DNA of 64,000 nucleotides. It comes from Gracilinanus agilis. Taxonomy: Eukaryota. Shown here piece by piece: positions 24,858-36,350 of the stretch; position 1 is the stretch's first letter; each line of letters opens with the position of its first letter. Below the pieces are notes generated by a model. It searched no databases. It was given only the letters and a program-made list of their open reading frames with translations, and had not been told where the DNA came from. The stretch covers positions 191,222,385-191,286,384 of the forward strand of contig NC_058133.1 of assembly GCF_016433145.1 (NCBI RefSeq). Direction: 5' to 3'. The translations under genes and the position numbers were made by a program.

Positions 24858-25406
24858 TCAGCAACAGGAGGAGCCACAGCAGGCTGGGCGACAACAGGTG
24901 GTTCTACAGCAGGTGGTCTGACAGCAAGTAGGTCTGCAGCAGGGCTGGCAGCAGCTGGACACACAGCAGCTGGGACGGCAGCAAGGCCGGCAGCAGCTGG
25001 ACACACAGCAACTAGGGCGGCAGCAAGTTGGGCGGCAACAAGTGGTCTGGCAGCAAGAAGGGCGACAGCAAGTAGGTTGGCAGCAAACAGACTGGCAGAA
25101 GCTTGGTCTACAGCAGCTGGACACACAGCAGCTGGGGCGGCAGCAGGTAGTTCTGCAGCAAGTGGTCTGGCAACAGACTGGCCGGCAACAGGTGGGGCGG
25201 CAGCAGGGCTGGCAGCAGCTGGACACACAGCAAGTTGGGCGGCAGCAAGTTGGGCGGCAGCAAGTGGTCTGGCAGCAGCTTGGTTGGCAGCACACAGACT
25301 GGCAGCAGCTGGGTCTGCAGCAGCTGGGAGCACAGCAGGTCTCTTGACAGAGGTCCTGGCCACAGCTCAGGTCAGAGCAGACTGAACCACAACAGGAGTT
25401 GACCAT
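24858..25406 (-). CDS. KRTAP4: KRTAP4-family ultra-high-sulfur protein, 182 aa (gene 2, subtype B)
   Basis: [25 protein letters not shown] start, CC[R/Q]P[S/T] and CC[Q/V/R][S/T][S/T/V] pentapeptides, CCGSSCC-TGA end, gacaccATG context. Symbol is family-level only. Confidence 0.95.
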   Translation of the reverse strand: MVNSCCGSVCSDLSCGQDLCQETCCAPSCCRPSCCQSVCCQPSCCQTTCCRPTCCRPTCCVSSCCQPCCRPTCCRPVCCQTTCCRTTCCRPSCCVSSCCRPSFCQSVCCQPTCCRPSCCQTTCCRPTCCRPSCCVSSCCRPCCRPSCCVSSCCQPCCRPTCCQTTCCRTTCCRPACCGSSCC

Positions 25407-25493
25407 GGTGTCAGTGGAAGGATCTTCTAGGTTTGTTTCAAGGGGAGTGATAGTGATTTACTGGAGTATGAAAAACTTCTTGCCCCACAGCCT

Positions 25494-25553
25494 CTTATAT
25501 ATCCTTATGAACAATTACTGTCAGTAGTTGTAGACTATTTCCTTGTTATTGTT
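25494..25553 (-). promoter_or_regulatory. Core promoter of gene 2: TATATAAG plus AACAATAACAAGGAAATA
   Basis: cttatata at 25494-25501; tatttccttgttattgtt at 25536-25553. Confidence 0.8.
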
Positions 25554-25754
25554 GATCATAATGGGAAAGAAAGCAAAAGATTAAATAATTGACTTTGCTC
25601 ACCAAAGAAAGTCCTTTTTCCTTGATCTTTTGGGATTCATCATCATCTCATTAATTATCATTCCTCCCTCTAGGTCATCATTTGTGTTTTCATGTTAACT
25701 ACTTCTGAAAATTTCTTTCCTTTTCAACTTCCAGTCAATCGCATGGCATCCTTG

Positions 25755-25762
25755 CTTTGAAG
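25755..25762 (+). promoter_or_regulatory. HK-1/LEF1-type motif CTTTGAAG upstream of gene 2
   Basis: Exact match about 350 bp upstream of the ATG; motif known from hair keratin/KAP promoters; function untested. Confidence 0.45.
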
Positions 25763-26409
25763 TTTGAGTGTATTACACATGACTTCTTTCTATGCATCAT
25801 TCCTTGGATCATGGTAATCATGGTGGGTTTTATTCACAATGGATGAGTATACCTTTAGGGAAGTTGAGGCAAGCTCTAACCTATAGTCCACCTGGTACTT
25901 TTCAATTAATAACACAGAGCCTAAAGTGCTATCCAATATTTAGATCAAATAAATGTTTTTGTCTAGTATTATTAATAAAGTCTGCTTTCTTCCCAGGACC
26001 CATAGGAAGGGTCACAGTACTTGCTGATACCTATCAGTCTTGCTGATCATTATTCATTTCAGTTGTCTCATAGGGAACAAATAATATTAACAAAGGGAAC
26101 ATGGAAAGCATTGCCAGGGGGTATGGAATGGTGAGGAAGCAATATGGGGATAAAGATGCCATGTTTGTTATTTTAAGGTATCCTATTTTTTCAATGATTG
26201 TTGATTTTTACCCAACAGTTTAATTCCCTCTGTTTGTCCTACTCTGATGCAACATCATGTTATGGAGGTTATCTTGGATAATCTAGGCTAAACCAATGGA
26301 GCATAAACCTAGGTAAGTTTTACCATTTTGAAATTATCTTGTAGATCATAACTAGACTTTTTATTTTTCGCAACATCAATAGAAGATTTGTAGGAAGAAG
26401 ATCAGCATC

Positions 26410-26439
26410 AGTAGGTCACCCATTTAGTGATGGATTTTT
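26410..26439. promoter_or_regulatory. 30-bp paralog-conserved distal element with AGTAGGTCA half-site (gene 2 copy)
   Basis: Identical to 46070-46099 within much more diverged flanks. Confidence 0.55.
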
Positions 26440-26473
26440 CAGCCATGACAGCCACAACCATCTTGCTCAAAAC

Positions 26474-26674
26474 CAGTGATGGGCAAACTACAGCCCATGA
26501 CCCAGATTGGGGTGTGGGGGGCTGAAATGTCTATCTGACTATGCAACATTATTCCTAATATGATGAATACAATAAGTAGGATACAATACAATGAAATTTC
26601 AAAAGAGTTGCCTTAGAAACAGACTGACATTTCCTTTTCTTTGGCCCTCTCTTTAAAAAGTTGGCCCATCACTT
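26474..26674. mobile_element. hAT MITE (family 1, second copy)
   Basis: TIRs CAGTGATGGGCAAACT...AGTTGGCCCATCACTT; 8-bp TSD CTCAAAAC/CTCTAAAC. Confidence 0.9.
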
Positions 26675-26684
26675 CTCTAAACAA

Positions 26685-27150
26685 TGTCAAAATAGAGGAA
26701 GACACTATAGTTAGATGGAAAGATACTTCACAGGAATTCCTTAATTAAGCAACTGAAGGAGTTGGTAGAGTGGGTTTTATTCTTCTCTCAAAGTGTGGCA
26801 AAAGTTATTGATCAGCAAAAATGTTAATAAAAGAAACAAAGTCTCCAAGCTAAAAAGAAATTGGTTTATTGAGAGAGGGCCAGTCTCATGGTAAAGCAGG
26901 ACTCTGGTCAAGACCAAATACCTCAAGCCTTGTTAGTGGCCTCCTTATAGACCAAACTAATGCTTGAAATGACGGGTTTATGTCTGTAAGAAAAATAAGC
27001 ATAAAAATTACAGTATCTTGGAAAAATATGACCTAAATAATGGCAGTAATTGGAAAGATATGGTATGCAGAAAGTACAGTATGTGGACTTAAATAGTGAC
27101 AAAGAGTGATGATAAATCAGCTGAAAAGGGAGCGTACCAATACTACATAT
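26685..27150 (-). mobile_element. Possible degraded solo LTR
   Basis: Reverse-strand AATAAA (about 26866) and TATA-like ctataagg (about 26944) in LTR-like spacing; ends unclear. Confidence 0.3.
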
Positions 27151-27719
27151 GCAGAATGTCACCATGGGTGGTGACTGCTATCTATTTTGGGGATTTTTCT
27201 TGCCATAGTCTCACATTCACTTGATCTGTGCTATCATTGCTTAATATGCTAGAATTACATTTTGACCAAATCAAGAATACTGCTAATACTAAAATAATTT
27301 TGAAGCTAATCAAGAAGGGGTGTAGGGGATTTCACATTTACAAAAGGCAGCAACAAGTATCATTTCAAGATATATTTCATGATGATGCATTGAAGTATTA
27401 GTTAAAAGAAATAGAGAGAAAAGAAAAGAGGACCATGAAACTAATTGCACATTCTATTTGCTACCATAATGATGCCATCTTTAGACTTTTTTTGTTGTTG
27501 AGCCTTGGAATTTGACTAATTCCTATTTGGCCTCAAACACTGGAGAAATTTTATGAACTTTGATAGTCTCTTTTTTTTCCTTTGAAGAGTATAAAGTCTT
27601 CTTTTTCTTGGTTTCTTCTAATTTTTTTCTTCTGATTCATTCATTCAATAAACATTAATTGAACACAACATACAATGTATGACAACACTAGACTATGTAC
27701 TGGCAATTCATAAATGATA

Positions 27720-28790
27720 CTGAATCAGACTTATTTTCAAGGATATTTGAGAAAAATTATGATCAAGATTTAAAAGGAGATATCATAAGTAAATTAGAAG
27801 AGCAGGGAACATACTACCTATTAGATTTGTAGATAGGAGAAGAATTTGAATCAGCAAAAGATAGAGAGAATTGTGAAATATGAAATGGATTATTTTTAGT
27901 ACATTAAATAGAAAAGTTTTTGTAGAAATAAAATAAGTGCTGCCAAGCAGAAAATAGGGTAAATTTTTATGGAAGCCTCTAAGATAGAGACCTCATAAAA
28001 TATATAGAAAAAATTTGTCCTCCAAATGATAATTAGGCAAAATAGATGAACAGGCAATATTTTTATTAAAAACCAGTCATGTACTGACTAAAATGACAAA
28101 ATGGCAAATTGACCAGTATTTGAGGGGATGTGGAAAAACAGGGACACTAAAGCACTGATCATGGAGCTGTGAACTGATCCAACTATTTTGGAGAACAACT
28201 TGGAATTTTGTCCACAGAGTTATGAAACTGTGTATACTCACTGAGTCAGTTTCCCAAGGAGATCAAAGAAAGAGGAAAAGAACCTATATTCTGCAACATA
28301 TTTATAGCATCTCTCTTGATGATGGAAATAATTAGAAACTGAGGGCATGTCCATTAATTGGGGAATGACTGAACAAATTGTTGTACATGATTGTGATGGA
28401 TTACTACTGCATGATAAGAAATGATATATAAACTGTCATTTAAAAAACTTCAAAAGAACTACAGGAGATAAAGAACAGTGAATGAGTGGAACCAGGAGAA
28501 CATTTTACTAAGTTACAGAATTAATCCTGGAGGAATCAACTGTGAATGTTACCTATAAGAGAAGGTGAAACATGAAAGATTTAATTTATGTCTACATGTT
28601 GGCCACCTTGATGGGACACTAGTGGATTGAATTTATTATATAAATATGAAGAAAAGTAATCTAAACATAAAGGAGATTTGTGATTTCATTTGATTTTTTA
28701 AATATGGAAATGCTTGTTTGGTTTTGTAAAATTTGGAGTAAAAATAAATTAAAAAATAATTAAAAATAAATGAAGTATCAAGATAAAAAA
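27720..28790 (+). mobile_element. Old L1 3' portion
   Basis: gaggggatgtggaaaaacagggacacta...ttaattggggaatgactgaacaaattg; A-rich end. Confidence 0.75.
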
Positions 28791-29149
28791 GTAATATGTA
28801 CCTGAATAATAGGAAAGACATTGAGACTTTACTAACTTGTTGCCTAATAGCTTCTCAACCTTCTGTCATCTTTCTGAATTAACATCAAATCTCATTCCTG
28901 GCAATTAGGGATTTTTTATCACCCACTATGTTTCCTTGAGTTTTTTCCCTCCAAGATTAGAGGAAAAATCAATACTATTAATTTCAAGTACAACTCCACA
29001 TAAGTCAAAGGATCAAAACTGACTGCAGAATTTTCATCATGAACAGAAAAAATCAATTTCAAAATATGTCTTTTTTCAAAGACTTTCTATGTCTATGTCT
29101 TATGTCTGTTTTTTCAAAGGAAATAGCAGGGATACATAGATATGTTTAA

Positions 29150-29720
29150 CAAATAGAAACCATAAAGGAAAAGCACTATGATGGGATAAAGAAAGGCTTT
29201 TCACAGCTGAGGTGAAAAGCAGAGTGAGGAGAAAGACCATTCTAGTAATTGGTACAGTCAATATAAAGGAATGGAAGTGAGAAACAGAATGATGTGTGTC
29301 TAGAGTAGCATGATTACTAGAGTAGCATGAAGAGTATGGAAGAAAATGTAAGAAAGCTGAAAATTTTATATTTGATGTTCTAGTAACAAGGCAATGGTAG
29401 AGGTGGGGTGGACATGGTCAGACCTGTAATCTAAGAAAATAATTTTGCTATTTGTGTTGAGGATGTATTGAATAGGTTTGAGGCTTGAGGCATAGAAAAC
29501 TAAATAGAAATCCATAAAGTCCAGAATAGAAGTAAGGAGGGTGTTGAATGAGGGCACATATACAGATTATTAAATGATACAAGAAATGGTAATATTTCAC
29601 TTCTTTAAGGCAATGGCTATTTTTTTTTGTGTTGTCACTGTATCCCAAGCAAAAATTAGGTGAAATTGAATGAGTAGGTGGGCTGTCAATAAAGAGATAC
29701 TTGTAGCTTTTCATCATTAC
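29150..29720 (-). mobile_element. L2 fragments
   Basis: Purine-rich reverse-strand L2-like sequence and an L2 3'-like tail. Confidence 0.5.
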
Positions 29721-29874
29721 AGAAACCAATCAAACTTATCTTCATATGACCTATCCTTTGAAATCTTAGGGTTACTTACACATCATAATGAGAGAAGAGA
29801 AAAGGCCTTTCTGACTTAGGAGACATGATAAGTTTTTAAAGAAATTCTTGTTAATTTTAAAGTTCCTCTTCAGG

Positions 29875-30070
29875 GAGGCATCTGGGTAGCTCAATGGTTT
29901 GAAAGCCAGGCCTAAAGACAGGAGGTTCTAGGTTCAAATCTGGTCTCAGACACTTCCTAGCCACGTGACCCTGGGTAAGTCACTTCACCCGCATTGCCTA
30001 GCCGTTACTACTCTTCTGCCTTAGAACCAACATATAGTATTGATTCTAAGGTGGAAGGTAAGGGTTTAAA
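29875..30070 (+). mobile_element. SINE1_Mdo-like SINE
   Basis: Perfect 16-bp TSD AAAGTTCCTCTTCAGG (29859-29874, 30071-30086) at a TTTT/AAAG site; box B GGTTCAAATC. Confidence 0.95.
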
Positions 30071-30479
30071 AAAGTTCCTCTTCAGGTAAATGCCCATCTT
30101 CAAGACCATTTAAATATTCCATTTTTCATCTTTCCCTGCTCCATGATGACTCATGGTTTGTAAAATAGAAATACCCAGGATTTTACAACTACACCACAAT
30201 TATGGATAATTGATTAATGTTTATCTTCAGAACACATTTGGATGAATGCATCTATCTGTGTATGAAAAGTATTTATGTTATGCAAAGTCTTTCATCTCAT
30301 TTTACATTACCTGGATTCAAATTTCTATCAATCATTGTGTTTACTTTTTTCAAACAGAGGAATCAAACTGATTCAAGGTAATACTTTTTGGTTCCATCAT
30401 CTACATATTGAGGGAATTATGTTACATAATTGCTGAGACAGCAGAAATTCTTTTTTTTCTTGGCCTGAGATAGCTTTTT

Positions 30480-31490
30480 TAAAAAAATTCAATTAATTAG
30501 TTTATTTTTAATATTTTTCCATGGTTACATGATTTATGTTATTTCCCTCCCCTCCTTCCACCCCTCTTCCACAGCCAATGGGCAATTCCACTGGGTTTTA
30601 TGTGTGTCATTGATCAAGTTCCATTTCCATATTATTAATATTTGTAATAGAATGACCATTTAGAGCAGTGATTCCCAAAATGGGCGCTGCTGCTCCCTGG
30701 TGGGTGCTGCAGCGATCCAGGAAGGCGGTGATGGCCATAGGTGCATTTATCTTTCCTATTAATTGCTATTAAAATTTTTTTTAAAAATTAATTTCCAGGG
30801 GGCTAAGTAATATTTTTTCTGGAAAGGGGGGGTAGGCCAAAAATGTTTAGGAACCACTGATTTAGAGTCTACATCCCCAATCATATCCCCATCGAACCAT
30901 GTGATCAATCCTATGATTTTCTTCTGGGTTTCTACTCCCACAGTTCTTTCTCTGAATGTGGATAGCTTCTTTCTCATAACTCCCTCAGAATTGCCCTGGA
31001 TCATTGCATTGCTGCTAGTAGAGAAGTCTATTACATATGATTATGCCACAGTGTGTCAATCTGGTACTGCTCCTTTCGCTCTGCATCAATTCCTGGAGGT
31101 CATTCCAGTTCATATGGAATTCCTCCAGTTCATTATTCCTTTGAGCACAATAATATTCTATCACCAACAGATACCACAATTTGTTCAGCCATTCCCCAAT
31201 TGATGGACACTCCCTCATTTTCCATTCTTTTTTTTTTTTTTTTTTTGCTACCACAGAGAGTACGGCTTTGAATATTTTTGGACACATATGTTTCCCTATT
31301 ATCTCTTTGGGGTATAAACCCAGCAGTGGTATGGCTCGATCAAATGGTAGACAGTCTTTTAAAGCCCTTTGGACATAATTCCAAATTGCCTTCCAGAATG
31401 ATTAGATCAATTCACAACATGACCAACAATGCATTAGTGTCCCAATTTTGCCACATCCCCTCCAACATTTATTACTTTTCCTTGTTCTTT
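30480..31490 (-). mobile_element. L1 3' end (contains a MITE)
   Basis: 3' UTR and ORF2 C-terminus (ORF 31015-31287 CPSIGEWLNKLWY). Confidence 0.9.
30666..30859. mobile_element. hAT MITE (family 2)
   Basis: TIRs CAGTGATTCCCAAA...TTTAGGAACCACTG; perfect 8-bp TSD ATTTAGAG. Confidence 0.92.
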
Positions 31491-31699
31491 TTTTAGTCAA
31501 CCAACAGCAGCAATTCTTAAAAGAATAAGATTTTAATTACCTGATAGATGAATCCAAGTCATACCAAATGGCTTCAAGATCCCTTCTACCAATCAGATTC
31601 CTTGATTTTTTTCTGTGTCATAACTAAAAACTCACAACCATCTGTTAACTATCAAAGTTTTGGATATTTTTTTAATTTTTGACCCAAACATTTGGCTTC

Positions 31700-32600
31700 T
31701 AGCTTCCCCCAAATCTTTATATTAATCCTTAAGTCTCTCATAGCATCTTTCCTCCATTCTCCTATCTGAAAATCTCACCTTATTTGCCTCTAAAAAAATT
31801 AGATGATTCACCAAGAATTCCCTCTTCTAAGCTCTTTATCATCTCATGTTACTCAGATGTTCTCCACTATCTCCTTTTTCATTTCTCATATAAAAAGGTG
31901 ATTCTTTTTGTCAAGGCAAATGGATTCTACATTCACAAATTATACTATTTCAAACTTTCTTCTCAAGTAGAATGCCCCTTATAAACTACTCTATATCTTC
32001 TTTATCTTTAATATTTTACCCTTTCATGTCTGCTTCGCTGCAAACTATAAACATGTCTGTGTCTCACTATCCTTAAAAAAAGTTATAAATTTTGCTCATC
32101 TCTGTTACAATCCTATTTTTTCTACACTCTTTTGGCTAAAATTCTTGTGAAATCCACCTACAACTAATGCTTCTACTTCTTGTCTTTCCATTATATTTTT
32201 AATTCTTTGATAATCTCTTCTTTCTAATTTTTATAGAATTATTCACTCCTAGTACTCCTACCTGTCAAATTTTTTTACTAATTTTTTTACTAATTTTTTA
32301 AATTTTTTATGAATCTTCATCTAACTTATACATGTGCACAACATGTGTCCCTTAAGGCTCTGTCTTGGGCACTCTTCTCAAATCTCTCTATTATTTTGTT
32401 TGTTGATCTCTTTTCCCAGGTCTTCCATTATTATCTCTATGCTGATGATTCTCAGATTTGCTTCTTCCTATCTAATGCCATATAGTATCACATCTTTATT
32501 TATCTATTGGACATCTTGGGCTGAATGTCCTGTAGAAATCTTAAACTTTATTTTTCCAGATTTAAACTTGCATATTTCCCCAGTTTTTCCCTGATAAGTT
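31700..32600 (+). mobile_element. L2 remnant (cassette paralog)
   Basis: tatgctgatgattctcagatttgctt shared with the copy at about 23364. Confidence 0.7.
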
Positions 32601-32703
32601 TCTGCTAGCTGTCCCTAATGCCTTGCAGCTGGTGCTTTCCCTCTAAAGGAAATCAGAAGAAAACACTCACAACTCTATATATTTCAAGTCTGTATTGTAA
32701 TAT

Positions 32704-32709
32704 TTTATT
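32704..32709 (-). terminator. Poly(A) signal of gene 3
   Basis: AATAAA in the conserved context; GU-rich element at 32652-32670. Confidence 0.8.
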
Positions 32710-33138
32710 AGAAAATAAATAAGCAATAGTTTATGACAGAGTTAAGTCTGGAATGAATAGTGTCTGCTTCATAGACCTTCTTACATTGGTGTCTGATTTT
32801 TGGAATGCTAGGAAGAAATATTCTTATTTTGATCTTCTATGACAGCCCTTTGTTACAGTGTTTGAATTAAAGGTCTCAGAGTTTGTAGAACCAGTTGCCT
32901 TTTTAAACACTACATTCAATACAGATAGATAATCAATAATTTGAAGAGAGGGGAAAGGGAGCATAACATAAGCAGATCCACTTATCTATTCAAGGGACTT
33001 CATTTTTTACAGTTATCTTATAGTAGATTCTTGTCACTATATTCTTCTTCTGGAGAGTCTCATGAATGTATAGAAATCAATCCATGTGATTCTTAAAACA
33101 GCCACAACTGTTGGCAAAATGGCTGGAGGGCTGGGTGC

Positions 33139-33645
33139 TCAGCAGCAAGAGGAGCCACAGCAGGCTGGGCGGCAACAGGTGGTTCTACAACAGGTGGTCT
33201 GACAGCAAATAGGTCTGCAGCAGGGCTGGCAGCAGCTGGACACACAGCAACTAGGGCGGCAGCAAGGTTGGCAGCAGCTGGACACACAGCAACTAGGGCG
33301 GCAGCAAGTTGGGCGGCAGCAAGAAGGTTGGCAGCAAACAGACTGGCAGAAGCTTGGTCTGCAGCAGCTGGACACACAGCAGCTGGGGCGGCAGCAGGTG
33401 GTTCTGCAGCAAGTGGTCTGGCAACAGACTGGCCGGCAACAGGTGGGGCGGCAGCAGCTGGAAACGCAGCAAGTTGGGCGGCAGCAAGTTGGGCGGCAGC
33501 AAGTGGTCTGGCAGCAGCTTGGTTGGCAGCACACAGACTGGCAGCAGCTGGGTCTGCAGCAGCTGGGAGCACAGCAGGTCTCCTGACAGAGGTCCTGGCC
33601 ACAGCTCAGGTCAGAGCAGACTGAACCACAACAGGAGTTGACCAT
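33139..33645 (-). CDS. KRTAP4: KRTAP4-family protein, 168 aa (gene 3, subtype B)
   Basis: True ATG at 33645 (the ORF-track start at 33747 is a TTG upstream of the TATA box); same repeats as gene 2 minus 4-aa and 10-aa units. Symbol is family-level only. Confidence 0.95.
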   Translation of the reverse strand: MVNSCCGSVCSDLSCGQDLCQETCCAPSCCRPSCCQSVCCQPSCCQTTCCRPTCCRPTCCVSSCCRPTCCRPVCCQTTCCRTTCCRPSCCVSSCCRPSFCQSVCCQPSCCRPTCCRPSCCVSSCCQPCCRPSCCVSSCCQPCCRPICCQTTCCRTTCCRPACCGSSCC

Positions 33646-33727
33646 GGTGTCAGTGGAAGGATCTTCTGGGTTTGTTTCAATGACAGTGAATTGTTGGAGT
33701 TTGGAAGTCTTCTTGCCACACAAGCTT

Positions 33728-33817
33728 CTTATATACTCCAAGATCAATTCCAGAATATTTCCTTGCTATTTTTTATCATTATGGAAAAGAAAGCAACAAA
33801 TTACATAATTACGTAAT
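33728..33817 (-). promoter_or_regulatory. Promoter of gene 3: TATATAAG, AATAGCAAGGAAATA motif, tandem D-box-like sites
   Basis: cttatata at 33728-33735; motif at 33756-33770; ATTACATAAT at 33800-33809 and ATTACGTAAT at 33808-33817. Confidence 0.75.
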
Positions 33818-35628
33818 TCCAGAGAAAGTACATTTTCCTTGATCTTTTGGGATTCATCATAATTGCACTGATTTCCCACCACCACCCTCTCTTTGGGATC
33901 ATCATTTGTGTTTTCTTTTTGCCTTATCTAACTTTCACAAATCTATTTCCTTACTTAACTTCTAGTCAATCATGTGGCAGCTTGGTTTCCATATTTGAGT
34001 GTATTATACATCTTTTGTTTTCTGTGTATCACTCCATGAATCATGGGAAGGTGTATTACATGAATGAAGATTCCTTTAGGGCATAAGGGGGGGAATCTCT
34101 GACCTATAGGCTACATGAGACATAAATTAATTGCATATAATCTATAGCATTGTTCATAATTTAGATCAAAGACAAGGTTTGGTTTTGTATGAATAATGAA
34201 GGAGTCTGCTTTCTTCCTCATTCCCTTAGCTAGGAAGAGACAAAATGCCTCCTCAGCCTGGTCAGTCCTATTGGTTATTATCCACATAAGGTGACTCATG
34301 TGGAAGAAATTATGCCACCAAAAGGAAGGCTGAAGCCATACTAGGGATTATGGAATCTCGAGGAAGAAATTTTTGGGTAAATATGTCATCGTTATTTTAA
34401 GAGGTCTAATTTTTATGACTGATTGATGGTCAAGACTTCAGAGGAGATAACTAGAATTGTGAAGTGAACACTTAGTAAAGGAGATGTTATCTTACACTGG
34501 GACTAATGTTTTTTCATTAAATTTTCCTTTTAAAATTGAGATTTTCCCCCATTACATGTAAAAACAATTTTTTAATTTCATTGAAAAAACGAGTCCAAAC
34601 TTCACTTCTCTAACTCTCCTTCCATTCCCTCTCCCCTGATTGAGATGGTAAGCAATATGATATAGATTTTATATGTACAATCATGTAATACATTTTTCCA
34701 TATTAGTTCTTTTGTGGAAGAAAAATCAATCGAAAAGAGAAGAAAGTAAAAAGTCAATTCAGACTCCTTTGGTTCTTTCTATGAAGGCAGATGGCATTTT
34801 TCATCATAAATCCTTTGGGATTGTCTTAGATCATTTTATTGCTGAGAATAGTTAAGTGCTTCACAGTTTTTCATTATACAATATTGCTAGTACTGTGTGT
34901 ATAATGTTCTCCTATTTCTACTCACTTCATTTTGTTTCAATTCATATGCCTTTTCAAGTTTTTCTAAAAACATCCTATTAATCATTTTTTATTGCAGAAT
35001 AGTATTCCATTACACTCACATATCACAGTTTGTTCAGTCATTCACATAATGATGGACATCCCCTCAGTTTCCAATTCTTTGCCACCACAAAAAGAACTAT
35101 TATAAATATTTTGTACAAATAGACACTTTTCTACTTTCTTTTATCTCTTTGTGATATAGACTTATTACTGATATTATTGGGTCAAAAATTATGCAGAGTT
35201 TCATAGCACTTTGGTCGTGGTTCCAAATTTTTCACTTCAGTATCAGTTCACAGCTCCACAAACAGTGAATTAGATTTCATTGTGATGGGTTTGAAATGGT
35301 ATCTCAGATTTGCTTTAATTTGCATTTCTTTAATGAATAGTGATATAAAGCATTTTTTCATATGACTATAGTCTTAATTTCTTCATCTGAGAATTGCCAT
35401 ATCCTTTGACCACTTATCAATTGGGGACTGACTTATATTCTATAAATTTGACTCCATTCTCTATATATTTGGGAAATGATGGCTTTTTTCAGAAACACTG
35501 GGCATAAAGGGTTTTTTTTTTGGCCAGTTTATTGTTTACTTTCTCATCCTCATTGCATATGCCAAAAGGACCTATTTTATATTTTGTAATGTTCTTTATG
35601 TCTTCTTTCACCATAAATTCTTTCCTTA

Positions 35629-36350
35629 TGTGAAAAATTAATATTGGATGTAAATTTTTTGAAATGGTTTTCCCTTTGATGCTCAAGGACACTTTGATTT
35701 AAAACTACAACCAGTCTCTCTCCCAGGCTATATGAAATTGGTTTGGCTCCTCCCTTCTTTTGTCTAAATCTTTTGTCTTTATAAAGGATAAGAGGATTAA
35801 GGGCATCTCACTGAGCTGACTTTTGTTACATGCAGGGTGGAGGCCTGTGTTTATCCATAAACAATAATTCTCTTAGGTAATGAAGTCTCCAATCTCCATT
35901 TTGGAAATTACTTGGTCCAGCCACATAGTCAGGAGAAAAGGGTATGTTGTAGACTCCTGAGACCCATCTTTTCTCATGACTGAATGAGAGGTTGAAGTCT
36001 TTGAACCCATCTTCTCAGTAACTGTTCTCCAATCAGAGTTGTCCAAAAGAGGGACTATGTGATGATGTCACAAGGTGTATGTAAGACATTTGCCAGAAGA
36101 AGTCACTCTTTTTTGTTCCTCTCTTCTGGCCATACCTATGTTATTTTCTTGCCTAGCTTAACTGCTTCACTGTTCATGCCCATGCCTCTCTCACTTGGAC
36201 CTTGTCTTCAATCCCACTCAAGTTCTGAAACAACTGGAGTGTAGAGGGAGTCTACTAACTAGTTAGAAATCTTAAGCAGCCTTTCAATAAATTCATAATT
36301 AAAAAAATTTAAATATAGCCTCGAGAGAATTTTATTTCTTATACTATACA
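35629..36350 (+). mobile_element. Solo ERV LTR (722 bp)
   Basis: TGT...ACA ends; 5-bp TSD CCTTA/GCTTA; CCAAT at about 36030 and AATAAA at about 36286; host L1 resumes after it. Confidence 0.8.

Noticed and set aside
24735-25385. Long Ala/Gln/Gly-rich ORFs overlapping the KRTAP CDSs on both strands (also 24827-25363, 33093-33602, 33268-33624, 44420-44971, 44650-45010, 60288-60862)
   Set aside because: These are shadow frames of Cys/Pro/Ser codon repeats that naturally lack stops; the starts I checked are GTG or TTG.
24858-25406. Regular 15-nt periodicity as a CRISPR-like or satellite array
   Set aside because: It is pentapeptide coding repeat with no unique spacers, in a eukaryotic context.
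32268-32310. Short tandem aatttttttact repeat (also small tandem repeats at about 29299-29330 and 40890-40930)
   Set aside because: Ordinary slippage duplications inside decayed repeats, with no sign of function.
33646-33747. 34-aa N-terminal extension of gene 3 in the ORF track
   Set aside because: The start is TTG, lies upstream of the TATA box, and is not open or conserved in the paralogs.
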